Shown piece after piece: positions 36,336-51,300 of a stretch of DNA of 64,000 nucleotides. How positions within the stretch are numbered: the first letter of the stretch is position 1; every line of letters starts with the position of its first letter. A model generated the notes under the pieces. The model saw only the letters and a list, made by a program, of their open reading frames with translations, ran no database searches and was not told the DNA's origin. The position numbers were made by a program, and so were the translations under genes. Source of the stretch: Macrostomum hystrix (Eukaryota; Animalia; Platyhelminthes); NCBI GenBank assembly GCA_950097015.1, contig CATNEN010000005.1, forward strand, positions 5,456,001 to 5,520,000, written 5' to 3'.

Positions 36336-39300
36336 TCACATCTCGGGAAGACAGCGCGGGCCTGGTAAAGCAGAGCTTGAGCAATTCTGTGAATCCTCTT
36401 CAGCAACAGCAAACAGGTGTTGTTGCTGCTGCTGCTGCTTGTCATGAATATCCGCTTTCTCAACATTTTCAATCGACTCTGTTCTACAGGACTCAGATTT
36501 AGCCTCCGCATCCTTATCTCTCTGTTTCTTCTTGTGCTTCCTTTTCTTTTTGCGATGTTTCTTTCGCCTGGCACGATGCTGCTGCGAATCGTCAGGCTTG
36601 CTGCTGCTGCTGCTGCTATTGCTGCCAGTGGCGGCGGTAAAGATGCTGTACTTGTTGCTGCGAGCGGTGCTCGAATGCCGCTTCCACGGGTGGTCCGAAC
36701 AGAAGCTGCGAATATTATAGTTTGTGACTAATATTGATTAGAATTTTTATAAACGTCTTTTGCGATTACCTACTCATCTACGAGTACCTACTAACAGTAG
36801 ATGAAGTGGAAGATAGAAAAAACTCACAGTATCTAGATTCAACTCACAGTATCTAGATTCAACTCACAGTATCTAGATTCAACTCACAGTATCTAGATTC
36901 AACTCACAGTATCTAGATTCAACTCACAGTATCTAGATTCAACTCACAGTATCTAGATTCAACTCACAGGTTGCTAGATTCAACTCACAGTATCTAGATT
37001 CAACTCACAGTATCTAGATTCAACTCACAGGTTGCTAGATTCAACTCACAGTATCTAGATTCAACTCACAGTATCTAGATTCAACTCACAGTATCTAGAT
37101 TCAACTCACAGTATCTAGATTCAACTCACAGTATCTAGATTCAACTCACAGTATCTAGATTCAACTCACAGTATCTAGATTCAACTCACAGTATCTAGAT
37201 TCAACTCACAGTATCTAGATTCAACTCACAGTATCTAGATTCAACTCACAGTATCTAGATTCAACTCACAGTATCTAGATTCAACTCACAGTATCTAGAT
37301 TCAACTCACAGTATCTAGATTCAACTCACAGTATCTAGATTCAACTCACAGTATCTAGATTCAACTCACAGTATCTAGATTCAACTCACAGTATCTAGAT
37401 TCAACTCACAGTATCTAGAATCAACTCACAGTATCTAGATTCAACTCACAGTATCTAGATTCAACTCACAGTATCTAGATTCAACTCACAGTATCTAGAT
37501 TCAACTCACAGTATCTAGATTCAACTCACAGTATCTAGATTCAACTCACAGTATCTAGATTCAACTCACAGTATCTAGATTCAACTCACAGTATCTAGAA
37601 TCAACTCACAGTATCTAGATTCAACCCACAGGTTGCTAGATTCAACCCACAGGTTGCTAGATTCAACCCACAGGTTGCTAGATTCAACTCACAGTATCTA
37701 GATTCAATTCACAGTATCTAGATTCAACTCACAGTATCTAGATTCAACTCACAGTATCTAGAATCAACTCACAGTATCTAGATTCAACCCACAGGTTGCT
37801 AGTTGCTAGTTGAGTTTAGCGGTTTCACAAAGGATGAAGATTATAAATGACAATTGAACTCTAATTGCAATGTCTTTTAACATCATTTTTAACATTGTCC
37901 CCTTTTCCATGAACCCGCTAAACCCCTTAAGTCACGACTTGCTGGTTCAACCGAGTTAAAAATAGTTTAAGTCGGGAAATAAAACTTTTTTCTAGCAAAT
38001 CTTGAAGCACGCAATGTCTTGGTTGACTCAAAGCATACGAGCTACATATAACAGCTAAGTACTCTTTTGAGTGTTAAGCATAGGCAATTAAATCGAATTA
38101 CAAATCAGAGTGTGTTAAGGAACCCATGAGCATGATTTGGACATTTTAAATAAAAACTAGAATAAAATACTTCGGGCGAGCTAATTGGAGTGTCACTTGA
38201 CTTGACTAAATCTCTCTGCACTGAGTTAGAAAATTATAAAGTTAAGAGAAGGCAAAAATGTATGATACTGAATTATTTAAACAGACAGGACTTCTGATAA
38301 GACCAAGATCATCAAGAGGCTAGATCTAGATCAACACGAGACTAGATCTAGATTATCAACAGATTAGATCTAGATCATCAAGAGGCTAGATCTAGATCAA
38401 CAAGAGACTAGATCTAGATTATCAACAGATTAGATCTAGAAAACCAAGAGACTAGATCTAGATCATCAAGAGACTAGATCTAGATCATCAAGAGACTAGA
38501 ACTAAATCAAAAAGAGACTAGATCTAAATCATGCAAAAGACTAGAACTAAATCAACAAGAGACTAGATCTAGATTATCAAGAGACTAGATCTAGATTATT
38601 AAGACACTAGATCTAGATAATCTAGGGTCTAGATGTAGATCAACAAGAGACTAGATCTAAATCATCAAGAGACTAGTTCTAGATCATCAAAAGACTAGAT
38701 CTAGATTATCAACATATTAGATCTAGAAAACCAAGAGACTAGATCTAGATCATCAAGAGACTAGATCTAGATCATGCAAAAGACTAGAACTAAATCAACA
38801 AGATAATCTAGATCTAGATTATCAAGTGACTAGATCTAGATTATTAAGACACTAGATCTAGATAATCTAGGGTCTAGATGTAGATCAACAAGAGACTAGA
38901 TCTAAATCATCAAGAGACTAGTTCTAGATCATCAAGAGACTAGATCTAGATCATCTAGGGACTAGATCTAGATTATCAACAGATTAGATCTAGATTATCA
39001 AGAGACTAGATCTAGATCAACAAGAGACTAGATCTAGATCATGAAGAGATTATTTCACTGAAGAATCACAAAGAAACTAGATTATCAGGGATACAAACTC
39101 AGATAGTTAAGTAACAAGGGTAAAACTTTTCAAACCATCGTTAAAATTTATCAGCCGAGAATGACAAACACATCTCTCTGTACCACTCTCTACTCCCTTA
39201 ATTTAGCAGGTAAATGTGTAGTTTTTTGCTAGTTAAAATAAAATTGCCTTGCAACTAGCCATTAGCCAACGAAAATTATTCTTCTGGTAGATCTAGAGGC

Positions 39301-42300
39301 ATGTGATTCTAATAGCTCGTAGAACTGGACACAAAACATTTTATAAACAGATGATTAATGAGCCACTTGTTATCAGCTCAGCCCACTCAAAACAGGATAA
39401 AATTTTAGCAGGAATCCTTAAAAAAACTGGAAAACATTGCTGAAAATAGGACTAGATAAAATATTGGTTTTCCAATGTCTACACACTGTAGACTTAAGTA
39501 GATCAATGTATACTCGTTAGATCATCCAAATTGATTAATTAAAATCGAACAGGTGTCAATCATGTCATACATTTTTGTAGAAAAAATTATATCGTAATGT
39601 TAATTGTTTGCACAAGCCTACATAACATACAAATCCTTACTTACACCTGCCATATAGTCACAGCTTTCATATGCATTTAACTTATGCTATATCTAACAGC
39701 TTTCTTTCATATCAAATCCTTATCGAATCTAACACCTACAATATCTAACACCTAAAAAATATAACACCTAAAATGACTGACACCTAGAATATCTAACACC
39801 TAGAAAAAATAACACCAAGAATATCTAACACCTAGAATATCTAACACCTACAATAACTGAATCTACAATATCTAACACCTAGATTATCTAAAAACCTACA
39901 ATATCTAACACCTACAATATCTAACACCTACAATATCTAACACCTAAAATAACTGACACCTAGAATATCTAACACCTACAATATCTAACGCCTACAATAT
40001 CTAACGCCTAAAATATCTAACACCTAGAATATCCAACACGTTCCATATCTGACACCTACAATATCTAACACCTTCCATATCTGACACCTACAATATCTAA
40101 CACCTTCCATATCTGACACCTACAATATCTAACACCTTCCATATCTGACACCTACAATATCTAACACCTTCCATATCTGACACCTACAATATCTAACACC
40201 TCTGACACACCTATCAGACGTAAATTTTCAATCTTATCTAACCTATATAAAGAATTTGTGTCATGTCATCTCACCTCTTGCAGATTCCTTGAAGCCAGGT
40301 GTCAATAGAACAGAAATGATGCACCTGCGAGTGATAGCTGGTTGAAACAAATCTGTAGGAGTCAAATATTTGCACTTTGCCCTTCTGCCAGCGGGCGCCA
40401 ATCGTTTTCGGGCCATCGCCGAGCCACACCTCCACGTGCACCATGTTGTGCTTCTGCTTCTTGGCTGCCAAATGCAATTTCAATACAATATGAATTGCTC
40501 TGCTTTTCTGTTATTCCGAATCTACTAACAAAACTACCACACAGTCTACTCCGAAGCTTACTTCTAAATATATCCCTCATTCTACTCCTAAACTATCAGT
40601 ATACTCCGAAATCTACCCTGCCGTTTACTTCAAAATCTACACTGCCGTTTACTTCAAAATCTACACTGCCGTTTACTCCTAATCGACCCATCGACTCCTA
40701 AAGCCTAAAAGCCTCTACCCGGAAGCCTACTCCTAAATTTACCCTGAAGCCTACTCCTAAATTTAACCTGAAGCCTACTCCTAAATTTACCCTGAAGCCT
40801 ACTCCTAAATTTACCCTGAAGCCTACTCCTAAATTTAACCTGAAGCCTACTCCTAAATTTACCCTGAAGCCTACTCCTAAATTTACCCTGAAGCCTACTC
40901 CTAAATTTACCCTGAAGCCTACTCCTAAATCTACCCTGAAGCCTACTCCTAAATCTACCCTGAAGCCTACTCCTAAATTTACCCTGAAGCCTACTCCTAA
41001 ATTTACCCTGAAGCCTACTCCTAAATCTACCCTGAAGCCTACTCCTAAATTTACCCTGAAGCCTACTCCTAAATTTACCCTGAAGCCAACTCCTAAATTT
41101 ACCCTGAAGCCTACTCCTAAATTTACCCTGAAGCCAACTCCTAAATTTACCCTGAAGCCTACTCCTAAATTTTACCTGAAGCCTACTCCTAAATTTACCC
41201 TGAAGCCTACTCCTAAATTTACCCTGAAGCCTACTCCTAAATTTACCCTGAAGCCTACTCCTAAATTTACCCTGAAGCCTACTCCTAAATTTACCCTGAA
41301 GCCTACTCCTAAATTTACCCTGAAGCCTACTCCTAAATTTACCCTGAAGCCTACTCCTAAATCTACCCTGAAGCCTACTCCTAAATTTACCCTGAAGCCT
41401 ACTCCTAAATCTACCCTGAAGCCTACTCCTAAATCTAACCTGAAGCCTACTCCTAAATTTAACCTGAAGCCTACTCCTAAATCTACCCTGAAGCCTACTC
41501 CTAAATCTAACCTCACAGTCTACTCCTAAATCTAACCCCACAGTCTACTCCTGTGAAGTTAAGACTCTACCCCACAGTCTACTCCTAAATCTACTATCTG
41601 TATATCTTAAATTGTGTATTGTCTCATAGCAACCCACCAGTATCCGAGTAGTAGATAGCCTCGATGAACACAAGATCACCCGGCTGCATCTGATCTTCGG
41701 CAATCCTAATCGGCAGAGTGTCGAACATGTACGCCTGATTCCAGGGACCAATTTTGAAGCCGAAATCTTTGCGCAGATCGTACAGTACTCGGCGAACTAG
41801 CCCGCAACAGTCGAGAAATAGAGGCGAGTTGTACTCCGGATCTGTGGATTGTTTGGTGCGGGCGGTAAGAAATCTCAGAAATTTGGAAATTTTAAAAGTT
41901 TCGGAGAAAACAAAGATTCAGAAATCTAAAAGTTTCCGAGAAAACAAAGATTCAGAAATCTAAAAGTTTCCGAGAAAACAAAGATTCAGAAATCTAAAAG
42001 TTTCCTGAGAAAACAAAGATTCAGAAATCTAAAAGTTTCGGAGAAAACAAAGATTCAGAAATCTAAAAGTTTCGGAGAAACCAAAGATTCAGAAATCTAA
42101 AAGTTTCGGAGAAAACAATGATTCAGAAATGTAAAAGTTACCGAGAAAACAAAGATTAGAAATCTAAAAGTTTCCGAGAAAACAAAGATTTAGAAATCTA
42201 AAAGTTTCGGAGAAACCAAAGATTCAGAAATCTAAAAGTTTCGGAGAAAACAATGATTCAGAAATGTAAAAGTTATGGAGAAAACAAAGATTAGAAATCT

Positions 42301-45300
42301 AAAAGTTTCCGAGAAAACAAAGATTTAGAAATCTAAAAGTTTCCGAGAAAACAAAGATTCAGAAATCTAAAAGTTTCCGAGAAAACAAAGATTCAGAAAT
42401 CTAAAAGTTTCGGAGAAAACAAAGATTCAGAAATCTAAAAGTTTCAGAGAAAACAAAGATTCAGAAATCTAAAATTTTCGGAGAAAACAATGATTCAGAA
42501 ATCTAAAAGTTTCGGAGAAAACAAAGATTCAGAAATCTACAATTTTCGGAGAAAACAATGATTCAGAAATCTAAAAGTTTCGGAGAAAACAAAGATTCAG
42601 AAATCTAAAAGTTTCTGAAAAATCTAACACTCGGAAATCTAAGTGTCGGAAAAAGGCAGATTTCGAAATTCACAAGTTTAGGAAATCTCATTGTCTAGGA
42701 AATCTCAAATTTTAGGAAATCTCAAAGATTAGGAAATCTAAAAATTTCCGTTTTTTTAAGGTTACAATTTTTTCTAAGTTTTGGAAATCTCAAAGTTTAG
42801 GGAATGTGAAAGATTTTGAAATCTACAAGTTTAGGGAATCTCAAAGTTAAGGAAATCTGAAGGATTCTGAAATCTACAACTTCAGGGAATCTCAGAGTTT
42901 AGGGAATCTGAAAGATTTTGAAATCTACAAGTTTGGGGAATCTCAAAGTTCCGGAAGTACCAAAGACTAAGAAATCGAAGGCAAAGATTTAGAAATCACA
43001 AAAGTTTGATCAATGATGCTCGGAAATTCTCAAGGTCAAGCACCCGAGTTTGAGCTTGCTCAGGTTTTGGAAAATTTTCTAACCTAGGAAAATTGGAACA
43101 GCCACAGAAATTTTAGCTGGAAAAAAATTCTCTAAGCTTTCAAATCCTGTAAGAGAGTTCTTGGGACGAAAAACCGATATATTAATTTTCTGGCCTCCCC
43201 ATATTATGGAAAAATTGGCACAACTCCCAAAATACGTAGACAATGAGAACAAAAGTGAAGAACTGTACCTGAATTCTACCTGAAGCAGCTGTTGCCAAAT
43301 GGCCAAATTGGCAAACGACACAAATTTACTAAAGTTTTAAAGACATTTAAGTAAAACTTTTCTATAGTAATCTACCGGCGAAGTTAAATTTCAAGGTTAC
43401 AGTGCATGCAAGCTTTTGTAAATCTATTCTGATTGAATTTTGCCAGTCGTAAAACAATAATAGTTTTATAGGTATGGAACGAATTGATAAATAAATACAT
43501 TATAGGAAATTATACTAGGCTACTTTCGTTTCATAGAAAGAGGAAAGCGAAATTTATTTAGAAATAGGGCAGTAGGAAAAGAGAAGATTGGTGGTAAGAA
43601 TATGGAGAGAATGGATGAAAGAGGAAAAATAGGGAAGAGGGTAGATGGAAGAGAGAGGTGAAGAATGAAGAGAGAGGCGAGAGGGGAGAGGGAAAGACAG
43701 GAAGAAGAGGGAAGAGAGAGAGGCGAAAGGGAAGGGTGAGAGGGGATAGGGGAAGATAGAGGAGAAGAATGAAGAGAGAGAGAGAAGAATAATGAAGAGA
43801 AAGAGGAGAAGAGGGAAGAGAGAGAGGCGAAAGGGAAGGGAGAGAGGGGATAGGGGAAGATAGAGGAGAAGAATGAAGAGAGAGAGAAGAATAATGAAGA
43901 GAGAGAGGAGAAGAATGAAGAGAGAGAGGAGAATATGGAACAGAGAGAGGAGAAGAGGGAATAGAGAGATGAGAAGAGGGAAGAGAGAGGAGAAGAGGGA
44001 AGAGAGAGGAGAAGAATGAAGAGAGAGAGGAGAAGAATCAAGAGAGAGGAGAAGAATGAAGAGAGAGAGGAGAAGAATGAAGAGAGAGAGAATAATGAAG
44101 AGATAGAGAAGAATGAAGAGAGAGAGGAGAAGAATGAAGAGAAAGAGGAGAAGAGGGAAGAGAGAGAGAAGAAGAGGGAAGAGACAGGAGAAGAGGGAAG
44201 AGAGAGAGGAGAGGAGGGAAGAGAGAGAAGAGGGAAGAGAGAGAGGAGAAGAGGGAAGAGAGAGAAGAGGGAAGAGAGAGATAGAGGAGAAGAGGGAAGA
44301 GAGAGAGGAGAAGAGGGAAGAGAGAGAAGAGGGAAGAGAGAGAGGAGAAGAGGGAAGAGAGAGAAGAGGGAAGAGAGAGAAGAGGGAAGAGAGAGAGGAG
44401 AAGAGGGAAGAGAGAAAAGAGGGAAGAGAGAGAGGAGAAGAGGGAAGAGAGAGAAGAGGGAAGAGAGAGAGGAGAAGAGGGAAGAGAGAGAAGAGGGAAG
44501 AGAGAGAGGAGAAGAGGGAAGAGAGAGAAGAGGGAAGAGAGAGAGGAGAAGAGGGAAGAGAGAGAAGAGGGAAGAGAGAGAGGAGAGGAGGGAAGAGAGG
44601 AGAAGAGGGAAGAGAGAGAGAGGAGAAGAGAGAAGAGGAGGGTAGAGAGAAGAGATATATTACACATACAACTAGAGCAGTTTATTTGCAATCGGTATGA
44701 AATTTCATTCTAGTCAAAATCACTATAAGCAAAGACCTGTCTGTTTCTTTGCTCACTCAATCCTTTGACGTTTGTTCCCTATTGAAAATTTTTGCGCCCA
44801 GAGATTGTTGAAGTTCTTGCGCAAGTCTCACTTCAATGTGCCAGCTCAGTCATCAATGAGTATGTGTGAGTAGCACTTGAGTCAGCCATGGAATAAGTGG
44901 CTAAGTGACTGCATCAAGATGGAAGACTGCGCATAGAAAACAGCCCAGTTTACTCAATACGGTTGAAGTGTAAGAGTATGAGAGATGATTTGCAATTTTC
45001 TGTAGCGTTAAGTCAAGCTAATACCATTCAGTGTGCTAATACTATACCGAAGCCTAGGTAATGCTGGTACCTGAAGAATATGATCAATATTTGTTTTAGC
45101 CACTAAGCATATCTTACAGACTCTTTTGATTCTCAAGGCCTACACCATAATAGCTTTGGTTGCCTACTTCTCACTCTACCCTTCCTACTCTACCCATTCT
45201 TGTCTACTTCTCACTCTACCCTTCCTACTCTACCCATTCTTGTCTACTTCTCACTCTACCCTCCCTACTCTACCCATTCTTGTCTACTTCTCACTCTACC

Positions 45301-48300
45301 CTCCCTACTCTACCCATTCTTGCCTACTTCTCACTCTACCCTTCCTACTCTACCCATTCTTGTCTACTTCTCACTCTACCCTCCCTACTCTACCCATTCT
45401 TGTCTACTTCTCACTCTACCCTCCCTACTCTACCCATTCTTGTCTACTTCTCACTCTACCCTCCCTACTCTACCCATTCTTGTCTACTTCTCACTCTACC
45501 CTCCCTACTCTACCCATTCTTGCCTACTTCTCACTCTACCCTTCCTACTCTACCCATTCTTGTCTACTTCTCACTCTACCCTTCCTACTCTACCCATTCT
45601 TGTCTACTTCTCACTCTACCCTCCCTACTCTACCCATTCTTGTCTACTTCTCACTCTACCCTCCCTACTCTACCCATTCTTGTCTACTTCTCACTCTACC
45701 CTCCCTACTCTACCTATTCTTGTCTACTTCTCACTCTACCCTTCCTAATCTACCCATTCTTGTCTACTTCTCACTCTACCCTTCCTACTCTACCCATTCT
45801 TGTCTACTTCTCACTCTACCCTTCCTACTCTACCCATTCTTGTCTACTTCTCACTCTACCCTTCCTACTCTACCCATTCTTGTCTACTTCTCACTCTACC
45901 CTCCCTACTCTACCCATTCTTGTCTACTTCTCACTCTACCCTCCCTACTCTACCCATTCTTGTCTACTTCTCACTCTACCCTTCCTACTCTACCCATTCT
46001 TGTCTACTTCTCACTCTACCCTCCCTACTCTACCCATTCTTGCCTAATTCTCACTCTACCCTTCCTTCTCTACCCATTCTTGTCTACTTCTCACTCTACC
46101 CTCCCTACTCTACCCATTCTTGTCTACTTCTCACTCTACCCTCCCTACTCTACCCATTCTTGCCTACTTCTCACTCTACCCTTCCTACTCTACCCATTCT
46201 TGTCTACTTCTCACTCTACCCTTCCTACTCTACCCATTCTTGTCTACTTCTCACTCTACCCTCCCTACTCTACCCATTCTTGTCTACTTCTCACTCTACC
46301 CTCCCTACTCTACCCATTCTTGTCTACTTCTCACTCTACCCTCCCTACTCTACCTATTCTTGTCTACTTCTCACTCTACCCTTCCTAATCTACCCATTCT
46401 TGTCTACTTCTCACTCTACCCTTCCTACTCTACCCATTCTTGTCTACTTCTCACTCTACCCTTCCTACTCTACCCATTCTTGTCTACTTCTCACTCTACC
46501 CTTCCTACTCTACCCATTCTTGTCTACTTCTCACTCTACCCTCCCTACTCTACCCATTCTTGTCTACTTCTCACTCTACCCTCCCTACTCTACCCATTCT
46601 TGTCTACTTCTCACTCTACCCTTCCTACTCTACCCATTCTTGTCTACTTCTCACTCTACCCTCCCTACTCTACCCATTCTTGCCTAATTCTCACTCTACC
46701 CTTCCTTCTCTACCCATTCTTGCCTACTTCTCACTCTACCCTTCCTTCTCTACCCATTCTTGTCTACTTCTCACTCTACCCTAATCTACCAATTTTAGTC
46801 TGTTTCTCACTGTACCCTACTCTAAAGATTCTTGTCTAATTCTCACTCTACCCTTCCTTCTCTACCCATTCTTGTCTAATTCTCACTCTACCCTCCCTAC
46901 TCTACCCATTCTTGCCTACTTCTCACTCTACCCTTCCTACTCTTCCCATTCTTGTCTACTTCTCACTCTACCTTTTAATCTTTACCTGAACCTAAAGTCG
47001 AAAGGTGCCTACTCTATTGTCTAGTCCATCTGCTGATATTCCATACTTAGACGCACTCTACAATCGATTAATAACCAGCGTGTGATGACAGACAATGAGT
47101 AAACTAACAATAGAAGAGACAATAGTAGAAAGCAATTTTCGTGCTTAATTTGTTCTAATAATAAAACTATTACATGTTAGCAAGGTGGCCTTCCCTTCTA
47201 TCGCATATGCTGTTGAAGAAAGGAAGAAATGTTTTTTCATAATGCAGTTCCATTGATTTACAGTCACAGAGAACAGAACAAAAATATTAATTATAAACTA
47301 AACTGGAATCTTCATTAACTGGAATCTTCCGAAACTAGAATCTTGCTTAACTGGAATCTTCCTAAACTGGAATCTTCCAAACCTGGAATTTTCCTTAAAT
47401 GGAATCTTCCGAAACTGGAATCCTCCTAAACTGGAATTTTCCTCAATTGGAATCGTCCTAAACTGGAATCTTGCTTAACTGAAATCTTCCTAAACTCTAG
47501 AATCTTCCTAAAATGGAATCCTCCGAAACAGGAATCTTGCTAAACTGGAATCTTCCGAAACTAGAATCTTGCTTAACTGGAATCTTCCTAAACTGGAATC
47601 TTCCTAAAATGAAATCTTCCTAAACTGGAATTTTACTAAACTAGAATCTTCTTCAACTCGATCTTCCTAAACTGAAATCCTCCGAAACTGGAATTTTCCT
47701 TAATTGGAATCGTCCTAAAATGGAATCTTCCTAAATGGAATCCTCCGAAACAGAAATCTTGCAAAACTGGAATCTTCCGAAACTAGAGTCTTATTTTACT
47801 GGAATCTTCCTAAACTGGAATCTTCCAAAAATGGAATCTTCCGAAACTAAAATCTTTTCTTAACAAGACTCTTCCTAAAATGGAATCCTCTGAAACAGGA
47901 ATCTTACTAAACTGGAATTTTCCTTAAATGGAATCGTCCAAAACTTGAATATTGCTTAACTGGAATCTTCCTAAAATTGAATCTTCGAAACTGGAATCTT
48001 GCTAAACTAGACTCTTCCTAAAATGGAATCCTCTGAAACAGGAATCTTCCTAAACTGGAACTTTCCTTAAATGGAATTTTCCTAAACTGGAATCTTCCGA
48101 AACTATAATCTTCCTAAACTGGAATATTCCGAAACTAGAATCTTCCTAAACTGGAATCTTCCGAAACTAGAATCTTCCTAAACTGGAATCTTCCAAAACT
48201 AGAATCTTCCTAAACTAGAATCTTCCTAAACGAAAATCTTCCTAAACTGGAATCTTCGGAAACAGGAATTTTCCGAAACTGGAATCCTCCGAAACTGGAA

Positions 48301-51300
48301 TCCTCCTAAACTGGAATTTTCCTCAGTTGGAATCTTCCTAAACTGGAATTTTCCTCAGTTGGAATCTTCCGAAACTGGAATCTTGCTAAACTGGAATCTT
48401 CCGAAACTAGAATCTTGGTTAACTGGAATATTTCTAAACTGGAATCTTCCTAAAATGAAATCTTCCAAAACTGGAATTTTCCTAAACTAGAATCTTCTTC
48501 AACTCGATCTTCCTAAACTGGAATCCTCCGAAACTGGAATCCTCTGAAACTGGAATCCTCCGAAACTGGAATCCTCCGAAACTGGAATTTTCCTTAATTG
48601 GAATCGTCCTAAAATGGAATCTTCCTAAAATGGAATCCTCCGAAACTGGAATCCTCCGAAACTGGAATTTTTCTTAATTGGAATCGTCCTTAAATGGAAT
48701 CTTCCTAAAATGGAATCCTCCGAAACAGAAATCTTGCAAAACTGGAATCTTCCGAAACTAGAGTCTTATTTTACTGGAATCTTCCTAAACTGGAATCTTC
48801 CTAAAATGGAATCCTCCGAAACATATTTCTTGCAAAACTGGAATCTTCCGAAACTAGAATCTTACTTAACTGGAATCTTTCTAAACTGGAATCTTCCTAA
48901 AATGGAATCTTCCGAAACTAAAATCTTTCTTAACAAGACTCTTCCTAAAATGGAATCCTCTGAAACAGGAATCTTACTAAACTGGAATTTTCCTTAAATG
49001 GAATCGTCCAAAACTGGAATCTTCCGAAACTAGAATCTTCCTAAACTGGAATCTTCCAAAACTAGAATCTTCCTAAACTAGAATCTTCCTAAACGAAAAT
49101 CTTCCTAAACTGGAATCTTCCGAAACAGGAATTTTCCTAAACTGGAATCCTCCGAAACAGGAATCGTCCTAAACTGGAATCTTCCGAAACTAGAATCTTC
49201 CGAAACTAGAATCTTCCTAAACTGGAATCTTCCAAAACTAGAATCTTCCTAAACTAGAATCTTCCTAAACGAAAATCTTCCTAAACTGGAATCTTCCGAA
49301 ACAGGAATTTTCCTAAACTGGAATCCTCCGAAACAGGAATCGTCCTAAACTGGAATCTTCCGAAACTAGAATCTTCCGAAACTAGAATCTTCCTAAACTG
49401 GAATCTTCCAAAACTAGAATCTTCCTAAACTAGAATCTTCCTAAACGAAAATCTTCCTAAACTGGAATCTTCCGAAACAGGAATTTTCCTAAACTGGAAT
49501 CCTCCGAAACTGGAATCGTCCTAAACTGGAATATTGCTTAATTTAGCTGGAGTCTTCTTAAACAAGAATGTTTTTAAAACTGCATCTTTTTAAACAAGTA
49601 GGCAAGAATTTTCTAAAACCGTTAAACCAAAAACACAGGGAATTCACTAAATGTTTCAGCTAGGAAGCTGAAACGACACTTAATTAATAAAGAAGACGGA
49701 CATAAAAAAGTACTGGACAGACAAACTAAGAAACATTCTAGATATGCCGCATAGACCATGGAAATTCAATAAGACACCAGTGCGAAATCCACTTCAAAAG
49801 AGTGCCAAGGTTCCACTCTCCCCCCCTCTCTCTCCTGCATTTTTCCAACGTTTTTGGTCTGTTCTCAGAGCAAACGCGGATCCCCCATCAAAGCGATGCA
49901 ATATTCAATCAATAATTTAGGCTCAATCATTGTGCAAGCCTAGCCAAAGAGGATCCACTGGGTATTTGGTGGAGAGAGAGAGAGAGTAGATGAATGCAGC
50001 GGAGACAGGACAATGGCATTGCTCTAAACTGGTTTAGTTAGGCGCATTTTTTCCTAGAACAATGGCCTACTCAGACTCAACAACCCGCCTCCTCATACAT
50101 GTCAGAGTTTTCATCAGCTAGAGACCATCATCATTCAGTAAAAAAAATGTTCCCCTACCTCTGCAGAACAAAATTCACTCCCAAAACAGTTGAGCCCAAC
50201 TCATGCGACTGACTCCGACAACTAGTAACAGATTCTGCCTGAAACAGCGGCGTTTTTGTTAGCTAGTTAGCTGAAAACAGAAAGAATGAAACTATGACAG
50301 AAAAATAGAAATTTTCTTTTTTTTGCGATATCCTCATCAATCCTCATCAATTGTTGGCCAAGCGTAAAAAATGAATTATTTTAGACAACTTTAAGAATAA
50401 AAAAACTCTGAAGAATTCAATAAAAAACTGCAGAATTAAGAAAAAACCGAACAGTTCAGAAAACATGACGATATTTAGGAAATCATGAAGAATTAAGAAA
50501 ACCTGAATAATTAAGAAAACCTGAACAATTCAGAAAACCTGAAGAATTCAGAAAACCTGAAGAATTCAGAAAACCTGAAGAGTTAAGAAAACCTCAAGAT
50601 ATTCAGAAAACCTGAAGAATTAAGAAAACCTGAAGAATTAAGAAAACCTCTAGAATTAAGAAAAACCTGAAGAATTCAGAAAACCTGAAGAATTCAGAAA
50701 ACCTGAAGAGTTAAGAAAACCTCAAGATATTCAGAAAACCTGAAGAATTAAGAAAACATGAAGAATTAAGAAAACCTGAAGAATTAAGAAAACCTGAAGA
50801 ATTAAGAAAACCTGAAGAATTCAGAAAACCTGAAGAATTCAGAAAACCTGAAGAATTCAGAAAACCTGAAGAGTTAAGAAAACCTCAAGATATTCAGAAA
50901 ACCTGAAGAATTAAGAAAACCTGAAGAATTAAGAAAACCTGAACAATTAAGAAAACCTGAATAATTAAGAAAACCTGAAGAATTAAGAAAACCTGAAGAA
51001 TTCAGAAAACCTGAAGAGTTAAGAAAACCTCAAGATATTCAGAAAACCTGAAGAATTAAGAAAACCTGAAGAATTAAGAAAACCTGAAGAATTAAGAAAA
51101 CCTCTAGAATTAAGAAAAACCTGAAGAATTCAGAAAACCTGAAGAATTCAGAAAACCTGAAGAGTTAAGAAAACCTCAAGATATTCAGAAAACCTGAAGA
51201 ATTAAGAAAACATGAAGAATTAAGAAAACCTGAAGAATTAAGAAAACCTGAAGAATTCAGAAAACCTGAAGAATTCAGAAAACCTGAAGAATTCAGAAAA

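Noticed and set aside
36314-36731. ORF-track frames MPGERNIAK... and MLLLLLLL...
   Set aside because: The phase-2 junction from exon 40275 selects a different minus frame (SFCSDHPW...PEM-stop), which completes the conserved motif.
40705-46839. Long ORFs (278, 217, 420, 295 aa) with [10 protein letters not shown]-rich or YPFLSTSHS repeats
   Set aside because: Stop-free frames of the 24 bp, GA-rich and 40 bp arrays inside introns of the NlpC/P60 gene.
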